The notes under the pieces are model-generated. The model ran no database searches. It had not been told where the DNA came from and saw only the letters and a list, made by a program, of their open reading frames with translations. The position numbers and the translations under genes were made by a program. Positions 18,337 through 27,301 of a stretch of 64,000 nucleotides of DNA are shown here, piece by piece (position 1 is the stretch's first letter; the number at the start of each line of letters is the position of its first letter). Origin of the DNA: Thermofilaceae archaeon (lineage in GTDB: Archaea; Thermoproteota; Thermoprotei; Thermofilales; Thermofilaceae); assembly GCA_027027675.1 (NCBI GenBank), contig JALVKT010000092.1:4854-68853 (forward strand), given 5' to 3'.

Positions 18337-19338
18337 ATGGCGAGTCTAAACGAATTTTTAAATTTATCAGCTAAAATAGGAAGGATAATTGTAACAGCGC
18401 ATGTAAATGCCGACCCCGACGCCGTGGCTTCAGCCGCACTTATAGGATACCTAGCTTCCCAAAAAGGCATAGAAGTAGAGTACTGTTTCGACAGCGTAAG
18501 TGCTTTGTCAAAAAAAGTTCTCTCCAACTTAGAAATAAAACTGCCCCTTGCCTCAAATATCCCCCCAGACAAGCCCTATCTTATAGCAGTATGCGATACA
18601 GCTGCACCCCAGCTCCTAGGTAAATGTGAAAAGCTCCTCGAGGACGCAAAGGAAATACTTGTAATAGACCACCACGCCGTAAGAGAAGCTGTATGGCACA
18701 CAAAATTCGCGTTTATAGAGCCGGAAGAACCTGCAGCCTCAGTCGTAACCGCATATCACGCTAAATCGGTAATAGATCGGCTTCCAAACCAGTTGGCAAC
18801 ACTCCTTATGTCAGGCATACTCTATGATACAAGGCGCTTCCTCGAAGCATCACCGAAAACATTTCACGTCATGGAGTGGCTCTACCCCCAAGGCAACTAC
18901 ACGCTAGCATACAGTCTTCTAAGTGAACAGCCTTCCCGCTCAGAGAGAATAGCAAAGTTGAAAGGCGTAACACGCGCCGTACTGCTAGACGTCTGCGGCT
19001 ATATAGTAGCCGTCACACAGGTTAGCGCTTACGAAGCCGCGGTTGCCAGGGCCCTTGTAGGTTTAGGGGCAGATATAGCGATTGTTGTCGGCGGCTCGGG
19101 GGTAGAAGTACGTGCAAGCCTTAGAGCGTCAAGAGGTCTCTTAGAGAAGGGGCTAAGCCTTGACGTGATCATCAAAGAAATTGCTGAGAAAATAGGCGGC
19201 ACTGGGGGAGGCCATCCCGGAGCTGCTGGGTACAACTATCGTGAAAGAAACAAGAAGGCGGCAAGGAAAACTAGAAGTAAAGTTACAAGACTTCTCCTCG
19301 TGGAAACAGTGGAGTCTATTTTAAGCAGCCTCTGCTGA
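18337..19338 (+). CDS. DHH-family phosphoesterase (NrnA/RecJ-like)
   Basis: HVNADPDAVASA (DHH motif I), VIDHH and GGGHPGAAG (DHHA1). The ATG at 18337 follows the stop of the previous ORF. Confidence 0.75.
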   Translation: MASLNEFLNLSAKIGRIIVTAHVNADPDAVASAALIGYLASQKGIEVEYCFDSVSALSKKVLSNLEIKLPLASNIPPDKPYLIAVCDTAAPQLLGKCEKLLEDAKEILVIDHHAVREAVWHTKFAFIEPEEPAASVVTAYHAKSVIDRLPNQLATLLMSGILYDTRRFLEASPKTFHVMEWLYPQGNYTLAYSLLSEQPSRSERIAKLKGVTRAVLLDVCGYIVAVTQVSAYEAAVARALVGLGADIAIVVGGSGVEVRASLRASRGLLEKGLSLDVIIKEIAEKIGGTGGGHPGAAGYNYRERNKKAARKTRSKVTRLLLVETVESILSSLC

Positions 19339-19983
19339 AGCCTCCTCAGCTTTTCTTTCTTCAGCGGCTTCCTCCTTTTTGGCCGAGAGAGTTTTGAGAG
19401 GTATCTCGAAGGTTGGCGTTAGAACCTTGATTTTACGGACCTCAGCCTTTTTAAGCGGATAAATTTTCTTTGCCCTAACCTCTATCTCTGCAGCAATGTT
19501 CCCCAGAACTGACTGCTGTATAAACTCGTCGAAGTTGAGCTCCCTAGCTTTCTCCTCGATAAGGTCAAACATTATCTTTCTAATGGCTCTCTTCTGCGAG
19601 GTCTTCACCCTATTTTGAGTCACAGCCATAGTCATGACCCTAAGTTTTATACCGTCCTTTGTTTCAATGTCCCTAATAGCGTCTATACGAGAAGTCCCCC
19701 GCCTCACTATGCTGCGGATATAGTCCCGGGTTAGCTCGTAGCGTTTAAGCTGTGTATATGCGGTGTCCCCTTCAACCTTCACTATCTGGAATCTAAGCTT
19801 AATCTGTAGCTGGGTGATATCTTTACTTATATCGTAGAAGCTTATCTCAACAGTCCTTCCAATGAGCGAGTCCGGGTCGTTAGCAGGTATAACTCCTATC
19901 TCTGCGAAGCCAAATGTGCTAGGCGCTAGCACGCGGAACCACTGTTTGGCAGCCCATTTGTCCCTAGCTCTTCGCGCGCTCAT
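19321..19983 (-). CDS. rps3ae: 30S ribosomal protein S3Ae
   Basis: MSARRARDKWAAKQWFRVLAP is a typical eS1 N-terminus. The track ORF starts 4 codons earlier. Confidence 0.85.
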   Translation of the reverse strand: MSARRARDKWAAKQWFRVLAPSTFGFAEIGVIPANDPDSLIGRTVEISFYDISKDITQLQIKLRFQIVKVEGDTAYTQLKRYELTRDYIRSIVRRGTSRIDAIRDIETKDGIKLRVMTMAVTQNRVKTSQKRAIRKIMFDLIEEKARELNFDEFIQQSVLGNIAAEIEVRAKKIYPLKKAEVRKIKVLTPTFEIPLKTLSAKKEEAAEERKAEEASAEAA

Positions 19984-20097
19984 GACAACCCGCACTCCTA
20001 CCCCTCGTACCCGATTTATTATTTTCGGAGGAGAGCATTATTTTAGCTGGGCCGCATATGGCTCATGCGAGATGATGCAGGAGGTGATCTCTGAAAC

Positions 20098-21972
20098 GTG
20101 ATGAGGGAGCATAAAAAGCTGATCGCTTTCCGCAAACGCGGCCTCCTTTCACAGAAAAAATTTGATGACTTCCTCCAACTAGCCAGAAGAATAGCCGTCT
20201 TTGAACCCGGCACGAAAAAATGGGTTATCTCGTGGGAAAAAATAGGATCAATATCCTTGGAGGAACTGAAAGAAATACTAGATAGACTCTCACAATATAC
20301 AGATCTTGACCAGCACGCCGTAGAGAAAATACTCGAGGAATATTCGAAGCGGTATGTAGCGGAATGCACACAGATACAAATAGACTCTAAGCTTGTAGTA
20401 AGAAGTTGCGGTGAACGGTTAAAACTCCTCCTCGAAGAAGAAAATCTTAGCACATGGTTCGAGAGACGAGGAAGCTTTCTCCTAGTAAGATCGATCGTTT
20501 ACCTTCCCTCTCTCAGGGAGAAGCTAGCTAAACATGGGTTACAGGTCAGCTTCGACGAGAAGCTAATCACAACGACCCTGAAAAGGATGCAGGGAAGGCT
20601 CTACGCCTCTTTCTACAGAATGGACAAGCCTCTCTATACCCTGCTCTCAAAAGTAGGCACACTTTACTATAACGAGGAGAGAGTAAAACTCGGCCCCTCA
20701 AAAGAGTATATGGGCACAGAACTCGTCAGGAGAAAGATAAGAGTATATGAAATTGACTGGCGGAGAGGCCTCTTCATAACAAGCATAGGCCTTATTGAAC
20801 GACTTGAAACTGCGCTGAAAAAGCTGGGATTCAAAGTAATCAATGACATAGAAGAGCTTCCTAAAACCAAGGTTCCCATGGAGAAACGTTTTAACCTATT
20901 TCCTCACCAGGAAGAAGCGCTTACATTGTGGCTGCGTAAGAAGAGGGGAACCATCGCCATATTTACCCGAGGCGGGAAATCATTCATAGCGCTGGGGGCT
21001 ATATATGAACTCAGGCTGCCCACGCTTATACTAGTGCCGACACGCGAACTCATATTGACCTGGGTGAAGTATCTTCAGGAATACTTGGGTGTCCCTAAGA
21101 CATTCATCGGGAGAATGGGTGGCGGAGAGAAGACTCTGCGCCCTATAACAGTGTCCACCTACAACAGCGCCGTGAGATACATTAAAGAATTAACGGGAAA
21201 ATTCGAGCTCGCGATTTTCGACGAAGCCCACCACGTACCGGCGTCAACGTTTAAGGAAGTAGCATTAAACATTGACAGCCTATACCGCATGGCCCTCTCA
21301 GCAACGCCTAAACGTAGAGACGGAAACGAAAACCTTCTCTACACCCTCTGCGGAGACCTCATATACACTTTGACGTATGCGGACCTTCTACGCCTAAAAA
21401 TGGTTGCCCCTATAGAAAGATTTGACGCGTTATTTGTTGAAAGCGAAGAAGAAAAATTAAACACACTGTTAAAACTAGTTCAAAAACATAAAGATGCAAA
21501 GACGATAATATTTACGCAGAGGCTTGACACAGCCAAGAAAATATACGAGGAACTCAAAAAGCGCGGATTTAAGGTGGAACTCGTCACCGGAGAAACGCAC
21601 TCGGTAAAAAGAGAAATGGCGTTTAAACGATTCCTCGACGGAAGGTCCAACATTATAGTGTCAACAACAGTATTGGACGAAGGCATAACAGTACCCGACG
21701 CGGAAGTGGCAGTCATATATGAGGGGACAGGAGAAGCCCGCCAGATGATTCAAAGAATAGGTAGAGTCCTAGGCTATCATCCAGGAAAGACGGCTAAAAT
21801 ATACGAGATCATAAACATCAACGACCCGAAAGAAAAGAACGCGTACAGGAGAAGATCCTGGATACGCGAACTCTACATGGTTGAAGGACTAGAAAAATAC
21901 GTGAAATACACCAAGGAAGGCAGAGAAGACGAGCTTTCACCCACGTTTCAGCGGCATATAGACACGTTCTAG
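20098..21972 (+). CDS. XPB/Rad25-like superfamily-2 helicase with long N-terminal extension
   Basis: Helicase core: FPHQEEAL, FTRGGKSF (Walker A-like), DEAHH, SATPKRRDGNE (RED-like motif), VSTTVLDEGITVPD and QRIGRVLG. About 270 aa precede the core. Confidence 0.7.
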   Translation: MMREHKKLIAFRKRGLLSQKKFDDFLQLARRIAVFEPGTKKWVISWEKIGSISLEELKEILDRLSQYTDLDQHAVEKILEEYSKRYVAECTQIQIDSKLVVRSCGERLKLLLEEENLSTWFERRGSFLLVRSIVYLPSLREKLAKHGLQVSFDEKLITTTLKRMQGRLYASFYRMDKPLYTLLSKVGTLYYNEERVKLGPSKEYMGTELVRRKIRVYEIDWRRGLFITSIGLIERLETALKKLGFKVINDIEELPKTKVPMEKRFNLFPHQEEALTLWLRKKRGTIAIFTRGGKSFIALGAIYELRLPTLILVPTRELILTWVKYLQEYLGVPKTFIGRMGGGEKTLRPITVSTYNSAVRYIKELTGKFELAIFDEAHHVPASTFKEVALNIDSLYRMALSATPKRRDGNENLLYTLCGDLIYTLTYADLLRLKMVAPIERFDALFVESEEEKLNTLLKLVQKHKDAKTIIFTQRLDTAKKIYEELKKRGFKVELVTGETHSVKREMAFKRFLDGRSNIIVSTTVLDEGITVPDAEVAVIYEGTGEARQMIQRIGRVLGYHPGKTAKIYEIININDPKEKNAYRRRSWIRELYMVEGLEKYVKYTKEGREDELSPTFQRHIDTF

Positions 21973-21978
21973 CTTAAA

Positions 21979-22638
21979 CTACCGCGCCCCTCCTAAAAGC
22001 CTTGCAATAACACTTACATGGTCGCCGTAGGGAACCCTTAAGTCCACGAAAAGCCCTCGCCGCCCACCCCTGTATCTTCTCAACCTGTGCTCTACACGAC
22101 TCATAACAGTGCGCAGTGAGATGCCTAAACGACTCGCAGCTTCCCTCTCATTGCCAATAATGCTCCACTCCAAATGCCCGTACGAAGTCGGCTCTATAAA
22201 CAAGAGCTGCTTATTCACGCCAGGAACCCTTCTTCCCCCGCGCAGCCCGTTTAAATCCAGTGAACCAGCGTATCGAGTAAACTCCTCCTCTTCAAGTCCT
22301 CTAACCTCAGCCCTCAGCACCACGTGTACGCGTGCCCCCAAATAATACACTATATTCAGCCCTGAAAGAGGCGTGGCCCGGACAACACGCACTTCCATGA
22401 TCCTATATCCGTTGTCTAACAAAACATTTTCTAATTCAAAATACCTAGTCCCCGGTCCTACAAACACATCTATATCACTGCCAAAATGCACATCGCCGCG
22501 GGCAACACTACCGACTACAACTCCCCTTATACCGTTCTTCTCTAATACGCCGAGTAAATCCACAGCCTCAGCCCTAAGCTCTTCCAGCACCTCCCAGCGA
22601 CGCTCCGTGTACACAACTTTCCGTACACCCCTCTTCAC
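21979..22638 (-). CDS. nucleotidyltransferase-domain protein (Pol-beta/MNT superfamily) with basic C-terminal HTH-like region
   Basis: GSVARGDVHFGSDIDVF is the minimal NTase signature. The C-terminal region is ASRLGISLRTVMSRVEHRLRRYR. The start abuts the stop of the upstream gene. Confidence 0.6.
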   Translation of the reverse strand: MKRGVRKVVYTERRWEVLEELRAEAVDLLGVLEKNGIRGVVVGSVARGDVHFGSDIDVFVGPGTRYFELENVLLDNGYRIMEVRVVRATPLSGLNIVYYLGARVHVVLRAEVRGLEEEEFTRYAGSLDLNGLRGGRRVPGVNKQLLFIEPTSYGHLEWSIIGNEREAASRLGISLRTVMSRVEHRLRRYRGGRRGLFVDLRVPYGDHVSVIARLLGGAR

Positions 22639-23010
22639 CTATCCACCACCTTTACTTCCCCGTATTCTACGGGCAGACTCTAGCACCGACAACAGTTTTT
22701 CGAGGGCACTCCCTATCTTCTCAATATCACCTACGTCGTGTGTAGAGCCCAGCATCACTCTAAGTTCAGCAATCTTCTCAGACACTACACTCTCCAAACT
22801 TTGGAGCTCGATATTACTCCTAGCTTCAATCTCCTCTTCATCAGAAGATACAAAGACAAACCTTTGCCCACACTTTGGACATATTATCTCCCCGCTCTTC
22901 AGCTTAAAAAGAGGCACGCCACAGTGAGGACAGGTCTTATCCAGCATTGTAGCGCCTTGACGCAGCAGAGCAGCCATTTTCGCTATTACAGCTTTATCTT
23001 TGCTCTCCAT
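22639..23010 (-). CDS. UPF0148 / autoantigen-p27-like zinc-ribbon protein
   Basis: MLDKTCPHCGVPLFKLKSGEIICPKCG followed by an acidic coiled tail, as in archaeal UPF0148. Confidence 0.6.
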   Translation of the reverse strand: MESKDKAVIAKMAALLRQGATMLDKTCPHCGVPLFKLKSGEIICPKCGQRFVFVSSDEEEIEARSNIELQSLESVVSEKIAELRVMLGSTHDVGDIEKIGSALEKLLSVLESARRIRGSKGGG

Positions 23011-23103
23011 ACTAGCTCTCCCTCTGCTCTAGTAGTTAAACAGGGACTAAACTTTTCCCCAACACTATCACCAATATATATCTCCCCGGAAAGAAGCACT
23101 TGT

Positions 23104-23367
23104 ATGCGTGTTCTCGGCAGAGTTCGCACCTATACCAAAAACAAAAACCTCGTGGTTGAGGCCTCGGAAAAACCCAGGGTTGGAGAAAAAGTCTACGACT
23201 CAAAGATGAGCCTAGTAGGATACGTCTACGACATTATAGGGCCCGTAAATTCCCCATTTATTTTAGTGAAGGTTTCAAACGAAAATATAAAGCCGGAGGC
23301 GTTGATAGGAAAAATACTATACTGGAGGGGAGAGAGGCGCAGAGGTGGTAAGAGGCGGAGAAGATAA
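23104..23367 (+). CDS. gar1: H/ACA RNP component Gar1
   Basis: Hand-trimmed from ORF 22738..23367. MRVLGRVRTYTKNKNLVVEAS...VYDIIGPVNSPFILVK is the Gar1 barrel with a basic tail. It shows the classical Gar1-TFB adjacency. Confidence 0.75.
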   Translation: MRVLGRVRTYTKNKNLVVEASEKPRVGEKVYDSKMSLVGYVYDIIGPVNSPFILVKVSNENIKPEALIGKILYWRGERRRGGKRRRR

Positions 23368-24233
23368 GCCCCTCACAGGTAAAGAGAACATGCCCCGTCT
23401 GCGGCGGCGAAGTCATACCTGTATACGATGCAAACAGGGGCGAGTACATATGCCCATACTGCGGCTACGTGTTCGAAGATGCAGTCATTGACCCCGGCCG
23501 CCACTGGAGGTCGTACAGCATTGAACAAGAACATGAAAGGGCAACCGCGGAAAAGTTGAGTGACCGTGCAGATACAACGCCTCTCTCGCTAAGACATAGA
23601 CATAGGATAGGGTTTAGGAAGATAAGGCAAAAAGAAAGCATTATAGACAAATATAAGAGAGAAATAGAACAAGCAGCAAAAAGACTAAACATTCCCGAAT
23701 ACATAGTAGCAGACGCGAAAAAAATATTCTTTGCAGCACGAGAAAAGGGCCTGCTAAAGGGAAGGAGCTACAAGACCTTTATCGCAGCATCGTTCTACGC
23801 CGTCTGTAAACACAACTCAAGATACTACATCTCACTGCAGCAGTTAGAGGAAGAACTGGGCGTAAAAGCAAGGAACATTGTTAAAACGTACTCTCTTCTA
23901 GTTCAGGAAGGAATAATTAAAAAGCGCGGCACCCCCACATATAGCCCAGCCGACCACATACCATCCCTTATAAGCAAGCTTAACCTCGAGAATAAACTTT
24001 CACGGGTTCTCTCACACATGGTGCTGATGGCTAAAGCTGTACATAGGGACGTTACTTTTCAAGGAAAACACCCGAGAAGCCTCGCGGCAGCGATAATATA
24101 CCTCTTTATCTACATGCTATCCTACAAGGTTCCCCAGAGCAAAGTGGCTGAAGCAGCCGAGGTGGCGCCACCGACAATTAGGCGTACACTCTCGCAGATA
24201 TCACAAAAAATGGAAGTAACGATAGAGGTGTAA
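23352..24233 (+). CDS. tfb: transcription initiation factor TFB (TFIIB homolog); start codon unresolved
   Basis: Zinc ribbon CPVCGGEVIPVYDANRGEYICPYCG at 23391-23462, in frame with the B-reader and two cyclin repeats. The coordinates give the maximal open frame. The first canonical start, GTG 23469, would delete the ribbon. Confidence 0.85.
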   Translation, partial: EAEKISPSQVKRTCPVCGGEVIPVYDANRGEYICPYCGYVFEDAVIDPGRHWRSYSIEQEHERATAEKLSDRADTTPLSLRHRHRIGFRKIRQKESIIDKYKREIEQAAKRLNIPEYIVADAKKIFFAAREKGLLKGRSYKTFIAASFYAVCKHNSRYYISLQQLEEELGVKARNIVKTYSLLVQEGIIKKRGTPTYSPADHIPSLISKLNLENKLSRVLSHMVLMAKAVHRDVTFQGKHPRSLAAAIIYLFIYMLSYKVPQSKVAEAAEVAPPTIRRTLSQISQKMEVTIEV

Positions 24234-24236
24234 GTT

Positions 24237-25016
24237 ATGCGCCAATTCCTCGTATACATTGTAGGGCCGGCAGGCGCTGGAAAGTCGAGTTTTACAGAGG
24301 CCTTTAGAGACTGGCTTAAAAGCCAGGAGACCCCTGTATCCTGCGTAAACCTTGATCCAGCCGTAGAGAACCTGAACTACGACCCTGAAGTAGACGTCCG
24401 CGAGTACGTCTTTACGAGGGAGATAATGGATAAATACTCGCTAGGACCTAACGGTGCAATAATAGCCTCCATGGATCTTCTCCTCGAGCATCTAGCCCGT
24501 ATAGATTCGAAAATAGAGGAGCTTGGGGAAGGGTACGTGTTAATAGATACACCGGGCCAGATGGAGATATTCGCTTTCAGGAAAAGCGGGAAATACCTTG
24601 TAGAGGCGCTTTGCAGAGAAAGAAGATGCGCCACCGTTTTCCTGGGAGACTCAGTGATAGTAGATAGGCCTGGAGATCTGTTATCTCAACTAATGATGGC
24701 TGCATCCATCTATTACCGCTTCTCCCTCCCTATGACCACCGTGTTAAACAAGATTGACCTGCTTTCCCCGCCTGAACGGGAGAGACTTGAGAGATGGGTG
24801 TCTTCCCCAGAAACATTTGAAGAAGCCGTCATGGCCGAGAAGTTCTTTACACGAAACATGTTTATTTCAATAAAGGATTTCCTGGAAACCCTTCCGCCAA
24901 TACTTGTCTCATCAAAGAAATTCATAGGATTCGAAGAAGTATACGTTCACCTCCACGGGATATACATGGGCGGCGAAGACTTTGAAAGAACAACCTCGCT
25001 TGTGGAAGGCGAATAG
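24237..25016 (+). CDS. GPN-loop GTPase
   Basis: P-loop GPAGAGKSS, GPN motif LGPNGA, DTPGQ and NKIDL. Confidence 0.8.
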   Translation: MRQFLVYIVGPAGAGKSSFTEAFRDWLKSQETPVSCVNLDPAVENLNYDPEVDVREYVFTREIMDKYSLGPNGAIIASMDLLLEHLARIDSKIEELGEGYVLIDTPGQMEIFAFRKSGKYLVEALCRERRCATVFLGDSVIVDRPGDLLSQLMMAASIYYRFSLPMTTVLNKIDLLSPPERERLERWVSSPETFEEAVMAEKFFTRNMFISIKDFLETLPPILVSSKKFIGFEEVYVHLHGIYMGGEDFERTTSLVEGE

Positions 25017-25106
25017 TGCGTCACTGAGAGCATTAAAACTTGGGTGTCCGTGGAAAGCCTGGTACAATGCAAAAACATTAACAAACAAAAACTTTCTTTT
25101 GCAGCG

Positions 25107-26087
25107 TCACTGGCCCGGCTCTGAAGCCGCACTTGCAGGCTGGCTCTGAAGCATGTTAAACTCTACTAGCAGCTTAAACTCGTCCAATGAAAGCGGCTCG
25201 CCACGCTTGTACTTCTCGTAAGCCTCTAATGCCTTGGCATACATGACTTTCTTCTTCTTCTCTATCACACGTGAAAGCTCTTTGGCCTTCAACAGCACTG
25301 AGACACGCTCCAACTCCTCTCTAAGCGTCCTCTCCTCTTTTACTAGCTCTAAGAATTGCTCGTGATACTTATTGGCCTCTTCCCTCTTCTTCTCCCTCTC
25401 TTCACGTAACGCTTGGATTTTCTCTATAAGTTCATCACGCTGCTTTCTCAGCTCCTGGTACTTTTCCTTTAAAGCAAGATAGTTGTCTACAATTCCCTTA
25501 AGTTTCTCGTTAATCCCCTCTATCTCGTTACGCAGCTGTATAATCTGGTTCCTGGAGCTATCTATCTCCGCCCTAATCTCATTCATTCTCTTAACATTAA
25601 TGTAAATGCTTTCTAGGCTGCGTATCTTCTTGAGTATGGCCTTTTCCGCCTCCGGAGGCAAAGTCGTCGTTTGATATTGCCACTCAAGCTGCTCTATACG
25701 AGCCTTAAGCTCATCCGCGTCGTAACGGCGAGGACCCAAAAGGTTTCTGAGAAGCCTTATTTCTTCCCTCAGCTTCTTGATTTTAGCTCTATGTTCCCTA
25801 AGCGCCTCTATTATCTCGGCTCTCCTTTCTTTAAGTTCCTGCATCTGCTCATAATACTTGTTCTTCTCCTCTCGTACCTTAGAAAGCTCGTCTCTGATAG
25901 CCAGCAGTTCTTCCCTTAAAGACCTAATCTCGGCGGAAAGCCTCTTCACTTCACCGTTTAAAACATCGCGTTGTCTCCGCGCCTCCTTGGCCTTCTCGGA
26001 CACCTCCTGAAGGCGCTGTTTTAGTTCACGGAACTGTTTCCGTAGCGTCTCGAGCTCATTGTTTGGAAGAGCGCTCCGTTCTTCCAT
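25107..26087 (-). CDS. archaeal coiled-coil protein (COG1340-like)
   Basis: About 325 aa of heptad-rich E/K/R/L sequence. The start is probably MEERSALP at 26087. No catalytic motif was seen. Confidence 0.5.
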   Translation of the reverse strand: MEERSALPNNELETLRKQFRELKQRLQEVSEKAKEARRQRDVLNGEVKRLSAEIRSLREELLAIRDELSKVREEKNKYYEQMQELKERRAEIIEALREHRAKIKKLREEIRLLRNLLGPRRYDADELKARIEQLEWQYQTTTLPPEAEKAILKKIRSLESIYINVKRMNEIRAEIDSSRNQIIQLRNEIEGINEKLKGIVDNYLALKEKYQELRKQRDELIEKIQALREEREKKREEANKYHEQFLELVKEERTLREELERVSVLLKAKELSRVIEKKKKVMYAKALEAYEKYKRGEPLSLDEFKLLVEFNMLQSQPASAASEPGQ

Positions 26088-26307
26088 ATGTTCACCGCAT
26101 AGCGTTGTATGCTGTTCTAGACAGCATGCTACCAATATCGCCCTCTTTATAAACTTTATTTTATAGAAGCCGCGAATTTTTAACTACTAAATTAACACTT
26201 TTTTACATATTAAGGGACAATCGATGCATAAAATATCTCACTTATGCCTCGCAGCTGGCTGAAACCATCTTCTACTCTCGTAAGCGATTTATGAGACTGG
26301 CGCTAAA

Positions 26308-26742
26308 GTGATAATAGTAAAGGAAAATGGACGCGCTAGGCGGAGAACAGTGGCGGAAACTAGGCAACAGCCATTACAGTATAGAAGAATAGAGAAAGAG
26401 ATAATAAATCTTGTAAAAAACGCTGGAGATGAGGGAATAATTCAAAGAGAACTTTGGAAAAAAATAGGCTTAGATAGCAGGCGAGGAATAAAAATTCTAA
26501 GAAGGCTTGAACAGCAAGGAATAATCTCACGTACCGAGATAATATACAAGGGTAGAAAAACCTACATACTCAAGCCAGCCTCTATGATGAAGGCGCAAAT
26601 AGTTATTCCGGAGTTCTTAGACGACGTACCCTGCATGTTCTGCCCCAACCTTTCTCGCTGCGAAAGCGGGGCTCAGAGCATAGCTGACTGTGAAATACTT
26701 AATAAATGGATAGAGGAAAAGAAGAAAAGAGATGACCCGTGA
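26308..26742 (+). CDS. TFE-beta / RPC34-like winged-helix protein with C-terminal 4-Cys cluster
   Basis: The wH is IINLVKNAGDEGIIQRELWKKIGLDSRRGIKILRRLEQQGII, followed by CMFCPNLSRCESGAQSIADC (4 Cys). This resembles the crenarchaeal TFE-beta Fe-S domain. The assignment is tentative. Confidence 0.45.
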   Translation: MIIVKENGRARRRTVAETRQQPLQYRRIEKEIINLVKNAGDEGIIQRELWKKIGLDSRRGIKILRRLEQQGIISRTEIIYKGRKTYILKPASMMKAQIVIPEFLDDVPCMFCPNLSRCESGAQSIADCEILNKWIEEKKKRDDP

Positions 26743-27301
26743 ATTTCTAAGACTCTTTATCGCGATAAAGCTCGACGACCAAGCTATCATAGACAAAATA
26801 ACTAGGCTACAACACGACCTCTTAACAGCAAAGCTTCGGGCAAAATATGTTGAGCCCGAAAACCTCCACATAACCCTAAAGTTTATTGGAGAAGTCCCGC
26901 CCGAAGTGGCAGAGCGAATCGCAAAATCCCTCAGAGAAATCCAGGGAAACCAGTTTGAAATAGAGTTCTACGGCATAGGGGCTTTCCCATCCCTCTCTAG
27001 GCCCCGCGTGCTCTGGATAGGCGTACGTAGCGGAGCGAGCCAGCTAGAGACTCTTGCAGAGTCGATTGAGACCACTCTTTCCCGGCGGGCTCGCATAAAA
27101 AGGTCTGAGAAGAGCTTTCACCCACACCTTACCATAGCAAGGGTAAAGGGTCGACTAACCCTAGATGCAAGGAAGATTCTAGAGGCTCACAAGGAAGACA
27201 TCTTTGGCCAGATAAAAGCGCGCGAGTTTCTACTCATGAAAAGCACCCTAACGCCTAGGGGCCCCATCTACAACGTGGTAGAAAAATATGAACTCATCTA
27301 A
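26732..27301 (+). CDS. RNA 2',3'-cyclic phosphodiesterase (2H superfamily, LigT/ThpR)
   Basis: Two HxT motifs are present: HITLKF and HLTIARV. Confidence 0.75.
   Translation: MTREFLRLFIAIKLDDQAIIDKITRLQHDLLTAKLRAKYVEPENLHITLKFIGEVPPEVAERIAKSLREIQGNQFEIEFYGIGAFPSLSRPRVLWIGVRSGASQLETLAESIETTLSRRARIKRSEKSFHPHLTIARVKGRLTLDARKILEAHKEDIFGQIKAREFLLMKSTLTPRGPIYNVVEKYELI

Noticed and set aside
21979-22638. MNT-HEPN toxin-antitoxin module
   Set aside because: The NTase motif is MNT-like, but the protein is about twice the usual size. No HEPN partner with an Rx4-6H motif is adjacent, and the upstream partner is a UPF0148 zinc-ribbon protein.
22373-23103. ORFs 22373..22927 and the 5' two-thirds of 22738..23367
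   Set aside because: They are antisense to the NTase and UPF0148 genes, with a Ser/Thr/Pro-rich composition. Only the last 87 codons of the second ORF, from ATG 23104, look like a real protein (Gar1).
25016-25112. 9-nt direct repeat GCGTCACTG flanking the spacer between the convergent GPN-GTPase and coiled-coil genes
   Set aside because: It is a single short repeat pair, both copies overlap the two gene ends, and no element-like content lies between them. This is consistent with chance.
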